Part shown: positions 49,701 through 60,293 of the stretch, in pieces | Position numbering within the stretch: the stretch's first letter is position 1 | Layout of the letters: each line of letters begins with the position of its first letter | Origin: Azolla caroliniana | Taxonomy: Eukaryota > Plantae > Polypodiophyta | Length of the DNA stretch: 64,000 bases | Direction of reading: 5' to 3' | Assembly (NCBI GenBank): GCA_043228905.1 | Contig: JBHGNT010000015.1 | Location: 11,594,001 to 11,658,000, forward strand | The notes under the pieces: model-generated | Told to the model about the DNA's origin: nothing | Database searches by the model: none | What the model saw: only the letters and a program-made list of their open reading frames with translations | Made by a program: the position numbers and the translations under genes

Positions 49701-49779
49701 CGCACCGACAATCCAACTAGACCACCCTGCCACCACCCCGGACCCCGAAAACATCCTCGATATCTTAGAAGCGGAATGA
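46711..49779 (+). pseudogene. Extra ORF of Gypsy K (~1022 codons, four in-frame stops): globular N-terminus, Pro-rich linker, long coiled coil
   Basis: ORFs 46945, 48319 and 48661 and the ATG at 46711 are all in one frame. Stops at 46750, 46855, 48289 and 48550 are each one C>T change from CAG/CGA. Confidence 0.8.
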
Positions 49780-50162
49780 AAGGAGAATCACGCCTAAAAG
49801 GCAATTTTTGTAATGTTGTTAGTATTTTGTAAGTCGTGGGTCCGACGGACAAGGTCCTGTCCCACGGGCGTGCCAGGTGTTGTCCAGAGGACAGAAATGT
49901 AAAATTAGGAAATTAGCAAACAACGGTAGTGTAACCGAGTAGGAAAGAACGCCAACGAGCGCCGAGTCCGAGTATCACGGTGTCGTGAAGTACGAAAGCT
50001 TTATATTAAAAGTCTACAATAAGATAAATACGTAATGAAAATAACATTTGATAATGTTTTATATATAAAGATAATATTAACAACACATATGATAATATTA
50101 TATATATATAAAGAAAAATAATATATATATAGATAAATATATTATATTACACGAACAAGAGA

Positions 50163-50216
50163 GGACTTGAACCAATAACCCCACCCTATGACTCTCAAAT
50201 CTTACCATTTACTCTA
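50163..50216 (-). promoter_or_regulatory. tRNA-like Pol III A/B-box unit 1 in the M LTR (copy at ~57180-57233)
   Basis: Minus strand reads TAGAGTAAATGG, 31 nt, then GGTTCAAGTCC. Confidence 0.55.
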
Positions 50217-50327
50217 TACTAGTAATATACATAAAATAAAGCATACTTTATATATACTTTATATTACATAAAGGATTTGCTTCATGATATAAAAATAAAG
50301 TTCTATGTTGTATTCAATAGTATTTTG

Positions 50328-50381
50328 AGACTCGAACCCACAACCTCATACACCAAAGTCAACACACCTACCATTAGGCTA
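50328..50381 (-). promoter_or_regulatory. tRNA-like Pol III A/B-box unit 2 in the M LTR (copy at ~57345-57398)
   Basis: Minus strand reads TAGCCTAATGG, 32 nt, then GGTTCGAGTCT. D- and T-arm pairings are partly retained. Confidence 0.6.
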
Positions 50382-51142
50382 GGCCCTTTCTCTTTAAGAT
50401 TATATTTTCATGTTTATTCTTATTGCACATATTGTTTCATACATAAAAGCTCAAATGAGCGAGATGTTTATCATGCATCACATGCATTTCATGCACTACA
50501 TGCATGACTTGTACCCTCCAATGCATCATATAAATGGGGGCACCTATTTAAATGGTGAAAGAGAAGATCAAAGGGAGATATGTATGAGATATCAATCAAA
50601 TATATATTACATAAGAGATATCATAAAATAGAGAAAGAAAGGAAGAAGTTAAGAAAAAGGTGGAGCTCTAGCTTGGCGGTCGTGGTGGTCAACTCTCAAC
50701 AAGAGGGAGGCGGTTCGAGCCTTATCTTCATCAAAATATTGAAGTGAAGATTGTAGTGGTCTACGATCAAGAAAGAGAAGAGCGATTACCTTGCAAAACA
50801 AAGTTCGGAGGATGAACGACGTGTACAATCATTTTGTAACTCTTTCATGAAAATGATTATAAATTTCATACACTTTCTCATATATTATTTTATATCTTAT
50901 CTTGTCTTATCTTAAATTCCTTAAAAATCCTATTTTGTCATATCTTATTGATCTCTATTCACTCCATCTCTACTCTTTCGTCTCTTCCGTCCATAATCCC
51001 AGTGATTCCTTCCTCACTTTCATGTTATCCTTTGTGTGCGCAACGCTACGCTTCTAGGCAAGCCACGTCACGACACAATTTGGTGAACCCGACGTGAAAC
51101 GGGGAAGTAGAAGAGACATCTAAAGTACAGATCAACATCGAC

Positions 51143-53317
51143 ATGGCAAGTACGAGTACAATGGATCCGGTAATGTTGTTTATTGAAAAGTTGAATCAAG
51201 ATCGATTATTTCATGCCTTACGAGAAGTCCGAGAGAAGATTGGTATGTTTGATGGCATAAATATTTCGAAGTATGTGAATATATATTATGATGAAATGGA
51301 AATGTTTGGTATAAATGATGTCAATATGATAGCAAACTTTTATAAATTAGTGGACATGGAATTAAGAGATAGAATTCATGAAATACAAGCATTGCATAGT
51401 TTGGATTGGAATGCATTTAAAGAAGCACTTGTGTTTGAATATGCTCATGAGGATTTCTCTCGAGTTACTATGCGTTCATTTCATGAATGGATCTTAAAAG
51501 AAGATAAAGGGTTATTTGTGGCTAACACAAAAAAAGAGTTTGATAGGATTTATGGACACTTAAAGCCAGAAGAAAGAAATTCTTTGTCTTGGCAAAAGGT
51601 TGCTTTATTTTTGCAGGCAGTTGACAAGAGATATAGAAAAGAATTGGAATTTATGCTTGAAGTGCCAAATACCGAGGATGGTATAACGACAGATTGGAAT
51701 GAGGTAACAAATGCTTGTAATAAATTTATGAAAAGAATGCAAAGGAATGGTGTAATGCTACAAATACCACATGTGGGAATCACAAATCGGCTTGAGCAAA
51801 ACATCGAAGTTCAAAGACTTGGTCGAGAACCATCACATGAAATGGTCCATCAATCACGAGAAATGACCAAAACTAAGAGTGAGTCTTTGCTTGATGATTT
51901 AGTTCAAAGTATGAAAGATCTAACAATTAAAGTGGCAAAGCTTGAGAATGGTCAGACTTCGAGGTCAAGGGAACCATTTCGACCTCGATGCATGTGGTGT
52001 GATAGTCTCGAACATCGATTACGTGATTGTGTGGAATATAAAGACATGGAAAATCGAGACTTGGTCTATTGGAAAAATGGTAACATTTACTTAACTGAAA
52101 CTAGAACTCCGCTTACAAAGAACTTTGGTGATGGTGGTGTTAAGGTTAAATTTGAAGAAGTTGAAGCAAAGAAGGCTTCCGCAATGTATTACTCGGCAAC
52201 GGCAGGAATGCGCCTCGATGACATGCCATCCCGATCATCATTCTGGGAGAAGGTTGTAAGTACCGCACAAAAGCAAAAGATGAAGATGGAAGACCTTCGT
52301 GTTGCCGGAGATTCTGTAAGGAAAAACACTGGATGGGATGTTCCAGTAGACGCTATGACGGTCTATGCTCAGATGGCAGAACACCAAGAGCATGAGGTGA
52401 TAGTGGAAGAAAAAAGGAAAAGGTTGGATGATGAGATTGGCTCAACAAAAAAGCATGAGACAAGAGATAGCAAAAGAAAAGAGATGGACGCAAAGGTCGA
52501 AAAAGGTAAATCTGGTCCTTCATTCAAATTAATGTCTGATATTGAAAAGGATACAGATTTAAAGAAAGTTTTAGAAACAAGAATACTAGACAGTCGAGTA
52601 GAATTTACACTAAGAGAAGTGTTAGGTATTGCAAAAAAGGAATTTCATGATGAAATAATTGATATTGTGCGAAGAAAGAAGCAAGTAAATGAGCAGGTTA
52701 AAGAGACAAATCCGAAGGTGGCATATGAAGTGGTGAGCAACGAGTCAAACAATATCGTTGTTGACTCTCAACATGCATCAACCTCAATGATAAATTCAAC
52801 AGATGTAAGAAGCCATTACTCTCGCAAATGTTGGGCAAGAGCCACTATTGAGCATCATGTGAAGATTGGAAATGTTCCAGACCCCGTGATGGCACTTATT
52901 GATCATGGTTCTGAAATAAATATAATGAGTGCTGATTTTTACAGGAAAGGTAGATGGCCAATTGATACTCAACATGGTTGGCGAGTAAAAGCTGCCACAT
53001 CAGTCACGGAAGATTTATTTGGTGCATGCCCAAATGTAAAGGTTACTATTGGTGATATAGAGGTAGATCAACATTTCTTTGTGCAGGAAGGATCTACCTA
53101 TCCAATAATCGTGGGGCAACCATACATTACAGCGGTACGGATGGAGACCAAAGTCCTCGACAATGGTTTTGCCTATGCGAAAATCTGTAGCCAAGATGGA
53201 CAACGAACTGTACAATTTATGACAGTTCGCCCAAATCATGAGAGGAACAAGCAAGAGCTTCGTGATCATTCAATACCAAAAGATTGTGATGATTTTGATA
53301 ATCAGGTTTTTGACTAG
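51143..53317 (+). CDS. gag: Gag plus protease of M
   Basis: 724-aa intact ORF with CMWCDSLEHRLRDC and ALIDHGSEINIM. Confidence 0.9.
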   Translation: MASTSTMDPVMLFIEKLNQDRLFHALREVREKIGMFDGINISKYVNIYYDEMEMFGINDVNMIANFYKLVDMELRDRIHEIQALHSLDWNAFKEALVFEYAHEDFSRVTMRSFHEWILKEDKGLFVANTKKEFDRIYGHLKPEERNSLSWQKVALFLQAVDKRYRKELEFMLEVPNTEDGITTDWNEVTNACNKFMKRMQRNGVMLQIPHVGITNRLEQNIEVQRLGREPSHEMVHQSREMTKTKSESLLDDLVQSMKDLTIKVAKLENGQTSRSREPFRPRCMWCDSLEHRLRDCVEYKDMENRDLVYWKNGNIYLTETRTPLTKNFGDGGVKVKFEEVEAKKASAMYYSATAGMRLDDMPSRSSFWEKVVSTAQKQKMKMEDLRVAGDSVRKNTGWDVPVDAMTVYAQMAEHQEHEVIVEEKRKRLDDEIGSTKKHETRDSKRKEMDAKVEKGKSGPSFKLMSDIEKDTDLKKVLETRILDSRVEFTLREVLGIAKKEFHDEIIDIVRRKKQVNEQVKETNPKVAYEVVSNESNNIVVDSQHASTSMINSTDVRSHYSRKCWARATIEHHVKIGNVPDPVMALIDHGSEINIMSADFYRKGRWPIDTQHGWRVKAATSVTEDLFGACPNVKVTIGDIEVDQHFFVQEGSTYPIIVGQPYITAVRMETKVLDNGFAYAKICSQDGQRTVQFMTVRPNHERNKQELRDHSIPKDCDDFDNQVFD

Positions 53318-56300
53318 GACTGTTGCGAGTGAGGGTTGCAATAGTCCCATTATTAAAAGACCCTCATATAGGGCATTACAACATATGAATAAGTCATTTC
53401 ATGTTTCTGAAAGTGGTGCTATATGTGTGACTAGGATGTATGAATGCAAGAGGAACTTGAAAAAGAATGCTAATTTGTTTCAGCAGGCATTGAAGGATAA
53501 TGGAGTACTTGAAATGGAAGAGCAGATTGAAAGTGTTATGGAGGAAATTTCTTTTGCAAATACTTTAGAAGAGTTAGAAATGTATTTGAAAGAAGATGAT
53601 GAGAATGTTAGAAAGATACATTTAAACTCAATTGATATGTATTATGAGATTGATAGGTATAATTGTAAATATGAAGAAGTAGAAAGTTTATGTAATACAA
53701 AATACAAAACAATAGATAAAAAGGTGAAACCTGCTGCAGTACCATTACCTATTGGTAGTGAAGAGAAGATGGAGGCAGTAGCAACCGAGCCTATGCTTCG
53801 ACCAATAGAGAAGATCGGACATCACTTCACTTCGGAGACAATAAAGAACTTGAGAATCGGAAGGGGTGAATTTCTTCTGCAATCAGAGATCGCGACTTTC
53901 AAAGAAATGATCTTTAGGCATGGGAAAGCGTTCGCATTCAAAGCTGAGGAGATTGGTTGTGTAAATCCAAAGGTGGTGACGCCAATGGTAATATTTACTA
54001 TCCCTCATATTCCTTGGAATTTTAAACCTATTGCAGTACCAAGAGCTTGATTACCTCAATTGTTGGAGTTGCTGAAGGATAAAGTCAAGATGAAGATTTT
54101 AGAGCCTTCAAATGCACCATACTCCAATAGATGGTTCACAGTTCCAAAGAAAGATGGTTCTCTAAGATTCATTCAAGATCTACAACCAATCAACAAAGTC
54201 ACAATCCGAAATGCGGGAATCAGACCGATCGTTGATGAATTTGCGGAAGCGTTTGCTGGAAGAGCGATTTACTCTATGGGAGACCTATATTCAGGATACG
54301 ACCAATTTCCACTAGCAATTGATAGTCGCAACATCACAACAATGAAAACACCAATTGGGTTGGTTCGAATGTGCACTCTACCTCAAGGTGCGACGAATTC
54401 GGTTGCTCATATGATGAATGCAATGAACAAAGCTCTACATGAATACATCCCAAAGGTAACTATGCCATTTTTAGATGATATTCCTATTAAGGGATGCTTA
54501 GAAAGAGAGAAAGATGAGACTATGGTTGGAAATGGTTGCAGAAAGTTTGTGATGGATCACATTAATGACTGTGAAAGTATTTTAAATAAGCTTGAGCAGG
54601 TACATTTGACACTATCAGGAACAAAGTCTTGCTTTGGGCAAAACGAAGTTCTAATAGTTGGTCATATGTGTGGGTGGTATGGGAGGAAGCCTTCACCGAT
54701 CAAAATTAACGCAATACAAAATATGAAGGAAGTTTGCGACTCGGTAACAGAGGTGAGAAGATTTTTGGGTGCATGTGTGTTTTATCATATTTGGTTACCA
54801 CACTTTGCACATGTCTCAGATCCTCTCTACCAACTTTTAAGAAAAGGAAAGAAGTTTATTTGGACTGATGAACATACACAAGTTGTTCAACAGCTGAAAG
54901 AAGCATTACTGAAAGCACCAGTTCTTCGTCAACCAGACTACAAAGGTGAAAGACCAATTATAGTAACAGTTGATACTAGCCCAATCGGGATCGGTTGGGT
55001 TATCAACCAAGAAGATGAAGACCAACATCGATATGCTATCAGATTTGGAGCAAAGATATTAAATGAAAGACAAAGAAACTATGCACAAGTTAAACGAGAA
55101 TTGTGGGGTTTGCTTACTGCATTAAAAACAGATAGAGATTACTTGATTGGAGCAGATGTCGTGGTTGAAACAGATTGTTTGCCACTCATTGGAATGATAG
55201 CAAGTTGCACGATACCAGATATTGCAATGCTTCGGTGGATTGCATACATCAGAACCATGAACCTAGAATTGTGGCATATAAAGGGAAAAGACAACCCAGT
55301 TGCAGATATGCTGTCAAGGGCAAGGTTCATAAATGAAAAGGTGATGCAAACTGAAGATAAGAACTGGGCAACTACAAGCCATCAATTTGCTCATCAAGAA
55401 TCTATTACGCCTCATGATGAGTTTAATGTAAGTATAATGTTCAAAGATGTGGAGTATGAAGGTCAATGGTTAGAAATAGGAAATTTTCTAAAGACTCAAG
55501 AAGCCAACCCATCATGGTCGAAGAAACAATTAAATGAATTTCGAAGACGGATTCAAGTTTTTTTTACATGAAGGGCATTTATGGAGGCGTCCAAAAAGGC
55601 CAACTGAAAATCCTCTTTGAGTCATTTGTAAGGATGACATTAAGAGAAAATTAATTAATGAATTCCATGATAGTTTGTGGGCAGGACATAGAGGCATATG
55701 GGCGACATTTATGAAGTTGAAAGAAAAGTATTGGTGGCCACATATGTATAAAGATGTAACGAAATTTGTGGAAACCTGTGAGGTTTGCCAAAGGTATTCA
55801 ACTATCCGGTATCGAGATGAGCTAAAACCAACATATTCATCATCAATGCATTATAAATGGATGGTCGATCTAGTGACAATGCCACTTGGGGAAGATCAAA
55901 TGCGATATTTAGTACTAGCAAGAGAAGACCTTACAAACCAAGTAGAAGGAAGACCACTACGACAAAAAACAACTAGAGCTGTATGTAAATTTTTGTTAGA
56001 AGATGTAATATGTCGTTACGGGTGTGTTGGTAAAATAATTGCAGATAGAGGAGAACTCGACTCTGATGAAGCTAGAGAATTCTTCAGCCGAATAGGGGTC
56101 AAATTATCACTTACAACTACGTATAATCCAGAAGCCAATGGAAAGATTGAAAGAGGACATAGCCCAATAGTTAAGGCGATCGTGAAAAGCTGTAAAGGTA
56201 AAATAAGAGATTGGCCACGCATGCTACCTTATGCACTATGGGCGGATCGAACAACTCATAGTTCAGTAACAGGATACATGCCAATGGAAAGATTGAAAGA

Positions 56301-56957
56301 GGACATAGCCCAATAGTTAAGGCGATCCAGAAGCCAATGGAAAGATTGAAAGAGGACATAGCCCAATAGTTAAGGCGATCGTGAAAAGCTGTAAAGGTAA
56401 AATAAGAGATTGGCCACGCATGCTACCTTATGCACTATGGGCGGATCAAACAACTCATAGTTCAGTAACAGGATACATGCCAGCTGAATTGATACTTGGC
56501 CAAAAGCCCATCATGCCGATAGAAGAATCAATTATGTCATGGATATCTATTCCATGGAGAGAAGAGGTGAGCAGAGAAGAATTACTTGCTTTGCAAATTC
56601 AACAATTAGAGTGTCGACCTGAAGATATAGAAATCACAGCCCAACGATTGAAGGAGGCTCGACTAAAGAATAAAATCCGTTTTGATAAAACTCATAGAAT
56701 TCGACCTAAGAAAATAGAATAAGGAGATTGGGTATGATAGCAGTTTAGATAATCAACATAGCACCGTCCGCAAGTTTGCTGAAAGATGGTTTGGGCCTTA
56801 TATAGTAAGAAAAGTATATGATAACTTTACTTATAAGCTTAGTGAATTGGATGGGACACTAATCCTAAACGTGGTAGCTGGAAAGAGGATAAAAATATTT
56901 AAGAAAAGGTTTGAGCTTGAACCTCCTCCAATAGATCAACATGAAGATGAAAGATAG
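53307..56957 (+). pseudogene. pol: Pol of M (RT-RH-INT), disrupted
   Basis: Colinear with L pol. Stop at 54048, frameshift near 55560, 199-bp duplication 56284-56482, further stops near 56720. Confidence 0.92.
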
Positions 56958-56997
56958 TGACACATGCCGGAGGATGTGCAAGTCTAGAGGGGGTGGA

Positions 56998-58130
56998 TGT
57001 CGTGAAGTACGAAAGCTTTACATTAAAAGTCTACAATAAGATAAATACGTAATGAAAATAACATTTGATAATGTTTTATATATAAAGATAATATTAACAA
57101 CACATATGATAATATTATATATATATAAAGAAAAATAATATATATATAGATAGATATATTATATTACACGAACAAGAGAGGACTTGAACCAATAACCCCA
57201 CCCTATGACTCTCAAATCTTACCATTTACTCTATACTAGTAACATACATAAAATAAAGCATACTTTATATATACTTTATATTACATAAAGGATTTGCTTC
57301 ATGATATAAAAATAAAGTTGTAGGTTGTATTCAATAGTATTTTGAGACTCGAACCCACAACATCATACACCAAAGTCAACACACCTACCATTAGGCTAGG
57401 CCCTTTCTCTCTAAGATTATATTTTCATGTTTTTTGTTATTGCATATATTGTTTCATACATAAAAGCTCAAATGAGCGAGATGTTTATCATGCATCACAT
57501 GTAATGCATGAACGCCAAATGGCGATCATGCATCACATGCATTTCATGCACTACATGCATGACTTGTACCCTCCAATGCATCATATGCATGGGGGCACCT
57601 ATTTAAATGGTGAAAGAGAAGATCAAAGGGAGATATGTATGAGATATCAATCAAATATATATTACATAAGAGATATCATAAAATAGAGAAAGAAAGGAAG
57701 AAGCCAAGAAAAAGGTGGAGCTCTAGCTTGGCGGTCGTGGTGGTCAACTCTCAACAAGAGGGAGGCGGTTCGAGCCTTATCTTCATCAAAATATTGAAGT
57801 GAAGATTGTAGTGGTCTATGATCAAGAAAGAGAAGAGCGATTACCTTGCAAGACAAAGTTCGGAGGATCAACAACGTGTACAATCATTTTGTAACTCTTT
57901 CATGAAAATGATTATAAATTTCATACACTTTCTCATATATTATTTTATATCTTATCTTGTCTTATCTTATATTCCTTAAAAATCCTATTTTGTCATATCT
58001 TATTGATCTCTATTCACTCCATCTCTACTCTTTCGTCTCTTCCGTCCATAATCCCAATGATTCCTTCCTCACTTTCACGTTATCCTTTGTGTGCGCAACG
58101 CTACGCTTCTAGGTGAGCCACGTCACGACA
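56998..58130 (+). repeat. 3' LTR of M
   Basis: Matches the 5' LTR, with an extra 38 bp near 57500. Confidence 0.95.
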
Positions 58131-58346
58131 ATGGGCCACCGACGGCTCGACCGTGTATTAGGGGAAACGTTATTTAAACGAGGTCCAGTACCTCAGAGGG
58201 GGAGCAGAAAATATAGGTGGAAGCACTAGCTTAGTCCATCGTAACTAGATAATCCTGTAAGGTCACCGGCCGTAGGCCGTGTTCTGTAATCCTTTTGGTG
58301 TTGTAGTAATATATCTGATTTGTGCCCATTTTGCTCCATGTTTCTG

Positions 58347-58560
58347 TGCTTTGGCTCATACTTATGATTTCAGCGCCGCCCACGCCTATCAAGATCTCAC
58401 TAGTGTTTCACAACGCCTCTGTTATGAGCCTCTGTTATGAGCCAACGCCTCTGCTTTGGCTCATACTTATGATTTCAGCGCCGCCCACGCCTATCAAGAT
58501 CTCACTAGTGTTTTATCTCTGATCATTTTCTCCCTCACAACGCCTCTGTTATGAGCCTTC
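58347..58560 (+). repeat. Interleaved local duplications (~62-bp and ~22-bp units) in the putative K LTR
   Basis: tgctttggctc...cactagtgttt occurs twice; caacgcctctgttatgagcc-type units occur three to four times. Confidence 0.8.
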
Positions 58561-58623
58561 ACGTACCACGCCCTTGGTTACCGATAGCCGCGGGTCTATC
58601 GAAGGTGTTCACCCAAAGGAACA

Positions 58624-59216
58624 GGTAACACTGTGTCATTTGCTCTGTCGACATAGCTCCAGTAACCGTGCCCGAGCAGGTACTGGTGCATCTTGTAGGA
58701 CCAAGATGCGTAGTTGTTTCTGTCAAGCTTCTCCGTCGGAAGCGAGCTAGCCATGACTCTATCCATCGGTTTTACCTGTTCTTCTTGGTTGGTTTTTCTT
58801 TTCAAGCTATGTCGGCTACAGAGGTTCTCAACCCTCGTGCTCTAATACCATGTAAAAGATTATATGCGGAAGCAATAGAAAACCGAACACCGAAAATACG
58901 CAAGTTTAATGGAGAGCTTAAATGTACATAGTACGTGGGAGAGATAGAGAGACAAAGAACACACAAAGAACTTAATTCAAAATAATACTCGATCTGTACA
59001 TACACCATGCTCAGTGAGCACCTTTTATACAAGCCCCGGCAATAGGGCTGACACAAGTACTGACAGTACTTGACTGCTCATAAGCGAGCCTCGACACTTA
59101 CTCCCAAAATTATTGCTTACGAGGAATATCTCTTTAACGGCCTTCCAGTTTATGCACCGATACGGCCATTTTATGCGTCCCGATTTATGCACAAATGCTG
59201 AGCTTGTCTCTCAACA
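58624..59216 (-). mobile_element. 5' remnant of Copia N (LTR 58851-59216, PBS, gag start)
   Basis: PBS reverse complement gctctaatacca at 58839-58850; MASSLPTEKLDRNNYASWSYKMHQYLLG. Confidence 0.88.
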
Positions 59217-59745
59217 GTACCTAACAGGCACCTTGAACGTGTGTCTCCGTTTCGGTTCAGGTAACCCTACACTGGAAGGTTATACTGACTCGGACATGTC
59301 GGTTGATGTGGATACCAGTTGATCCACATCCGGTTACGTAATGACTTATGCAGGGGGAGCTATTTCGTGGTAGTCAAGGCTGCAGAAGGCCGTGGCGCTG
59401 CCAACAACGGAAGCCGAATATATGGCCGCCGCAGAAGCCGGCAAGGAAATCATATGGATGAAGGAGTTTATCGATGAGCTGGGAATTCGCCAGGAGGAAT
59501 TCCAACTCCATTGCGATAACTAGAGTGCCATGCAACTTGCGAAAAATGCCACCTATCAGTCGAGGGCCAAACACATACAGAGAAGATATCATTGGCTTCG
59601 AGAATGAGTAGAAGAAAAGGAGTTGGCTCTAATGAAGATCCACACGACAGAAAATGGATCGGATATGCTGACGAAGGTGCTGTAAGCAGAAAAGCTAAAC
59701 GCATGCCGATAGAGAGTCGGTTTGGTGAAATACCCCAAGCCAGAG
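59217..59745 (+). pseudogene. pol: Copia J RNase H region
   Basis: LEGYTDSDM..STSGYVMTYAGGAISW..EAEYMAA..SDMLTKVL. Confidence 0.88.
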
Positions 59746-60293
59746 TGAAGGGGGAGTTAGTTGGGAAACATGTCCCTCCAGATGGGAAGAGAAGAGTTGA
59801 GTTGATGAGGGACTCAGCTGAGGCCGAAACCGAAGTCGTGAGGACATCCAACTTGGAAGACTATAATTGTAAATAGTCTAAAATGTCCTTGTAGGCTATA
59901 CTTGTAAATAGCCAGAAAGTTGCTTTTGTTTATAAGAAACTAGGGAAAACTTTAGTATGTAATTAGTAGATCATTATTGTAAAGTGAGAATGCGGTAGTT
60001 GCCTCTGTAACTGTGAGTGACAAAGAGAGTGAGAGTGTAACTCTGCAGCTGTTTGTCAGACGGAGGAGAACTCGAGGTAGTTACCTCCGAGTTCCTTATT
60101 TGTACTTCCTCTCTACTATAGTGATATGTTCTTCTCGGGGTTTGTGGACCCCCGTGGTTTTTCCCATTTCGGGTTTTCCACGTAAAATATCAGTGTTTCT
60201 GTGTTTGCTCGTTTTTTTTGTCTGTATACTAGTTCTTGGTTTCTGTACACGAATACAAACATGGAACCGGTTGTGGTCAGTTGATTGGTAACA

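Larger units (their letters stand above)
49981..51075 (+). repeat. 5' LTR of M
   Basis: TGTCGTGA...TCACGACA terminal inverted repeat. Confidence 0.95.
49981..58130 (+). mobile_element. Full-length AT-rich Gypsy element M, sister lineage of L, pol disabled
   Basis: LTRs 49981-51075 and 56998-58130 (~2% divergent by eye plus a 38-bp indel). TSD ACGG/ATGG; PBS 51081-51097; PPT agagggggtgga. Confidence 0.95.
36534..58623 (+). mobile_element. 5'-truncated non-chromoviral (Athila/Tat-type) Gypsy K with extra ORF, host to L and M
   Basis: RT (FGLKTASATFQR, FLDDF), RH (VFVDASD, EREALG), INT (HQGVAGGH, CDLC, GLDF, SDQG, WTGPF). The putative 3' LTR ends ..ggaaCA at 58623; its start is not resolved. 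Confidence 0.75.
33639..60293 (+). mobile_element. Tork-like Copia element J, carrying ~22.7 kb of nested insertions
   Basis: TSD AGTAC (33634-33638 / 60294-60298). LTRs 33639-34189 and 59759-60293; PBS 34193-34205 with the gag ATG at 34206; PPT about 59744-59758. Confidence 0.88.

Noticed and set aside
46711-49779. Envelope gene or host gene
   Set aside because: No signal peptide or transmembrane helix, no introns, and it lies inside K between integrase and the putative LTR.
50328-50390. Functional tRNA gene
   Set aside because: The acceptor and anticodon stems do not pair. Kept only as a tRNA-like promoter unit.
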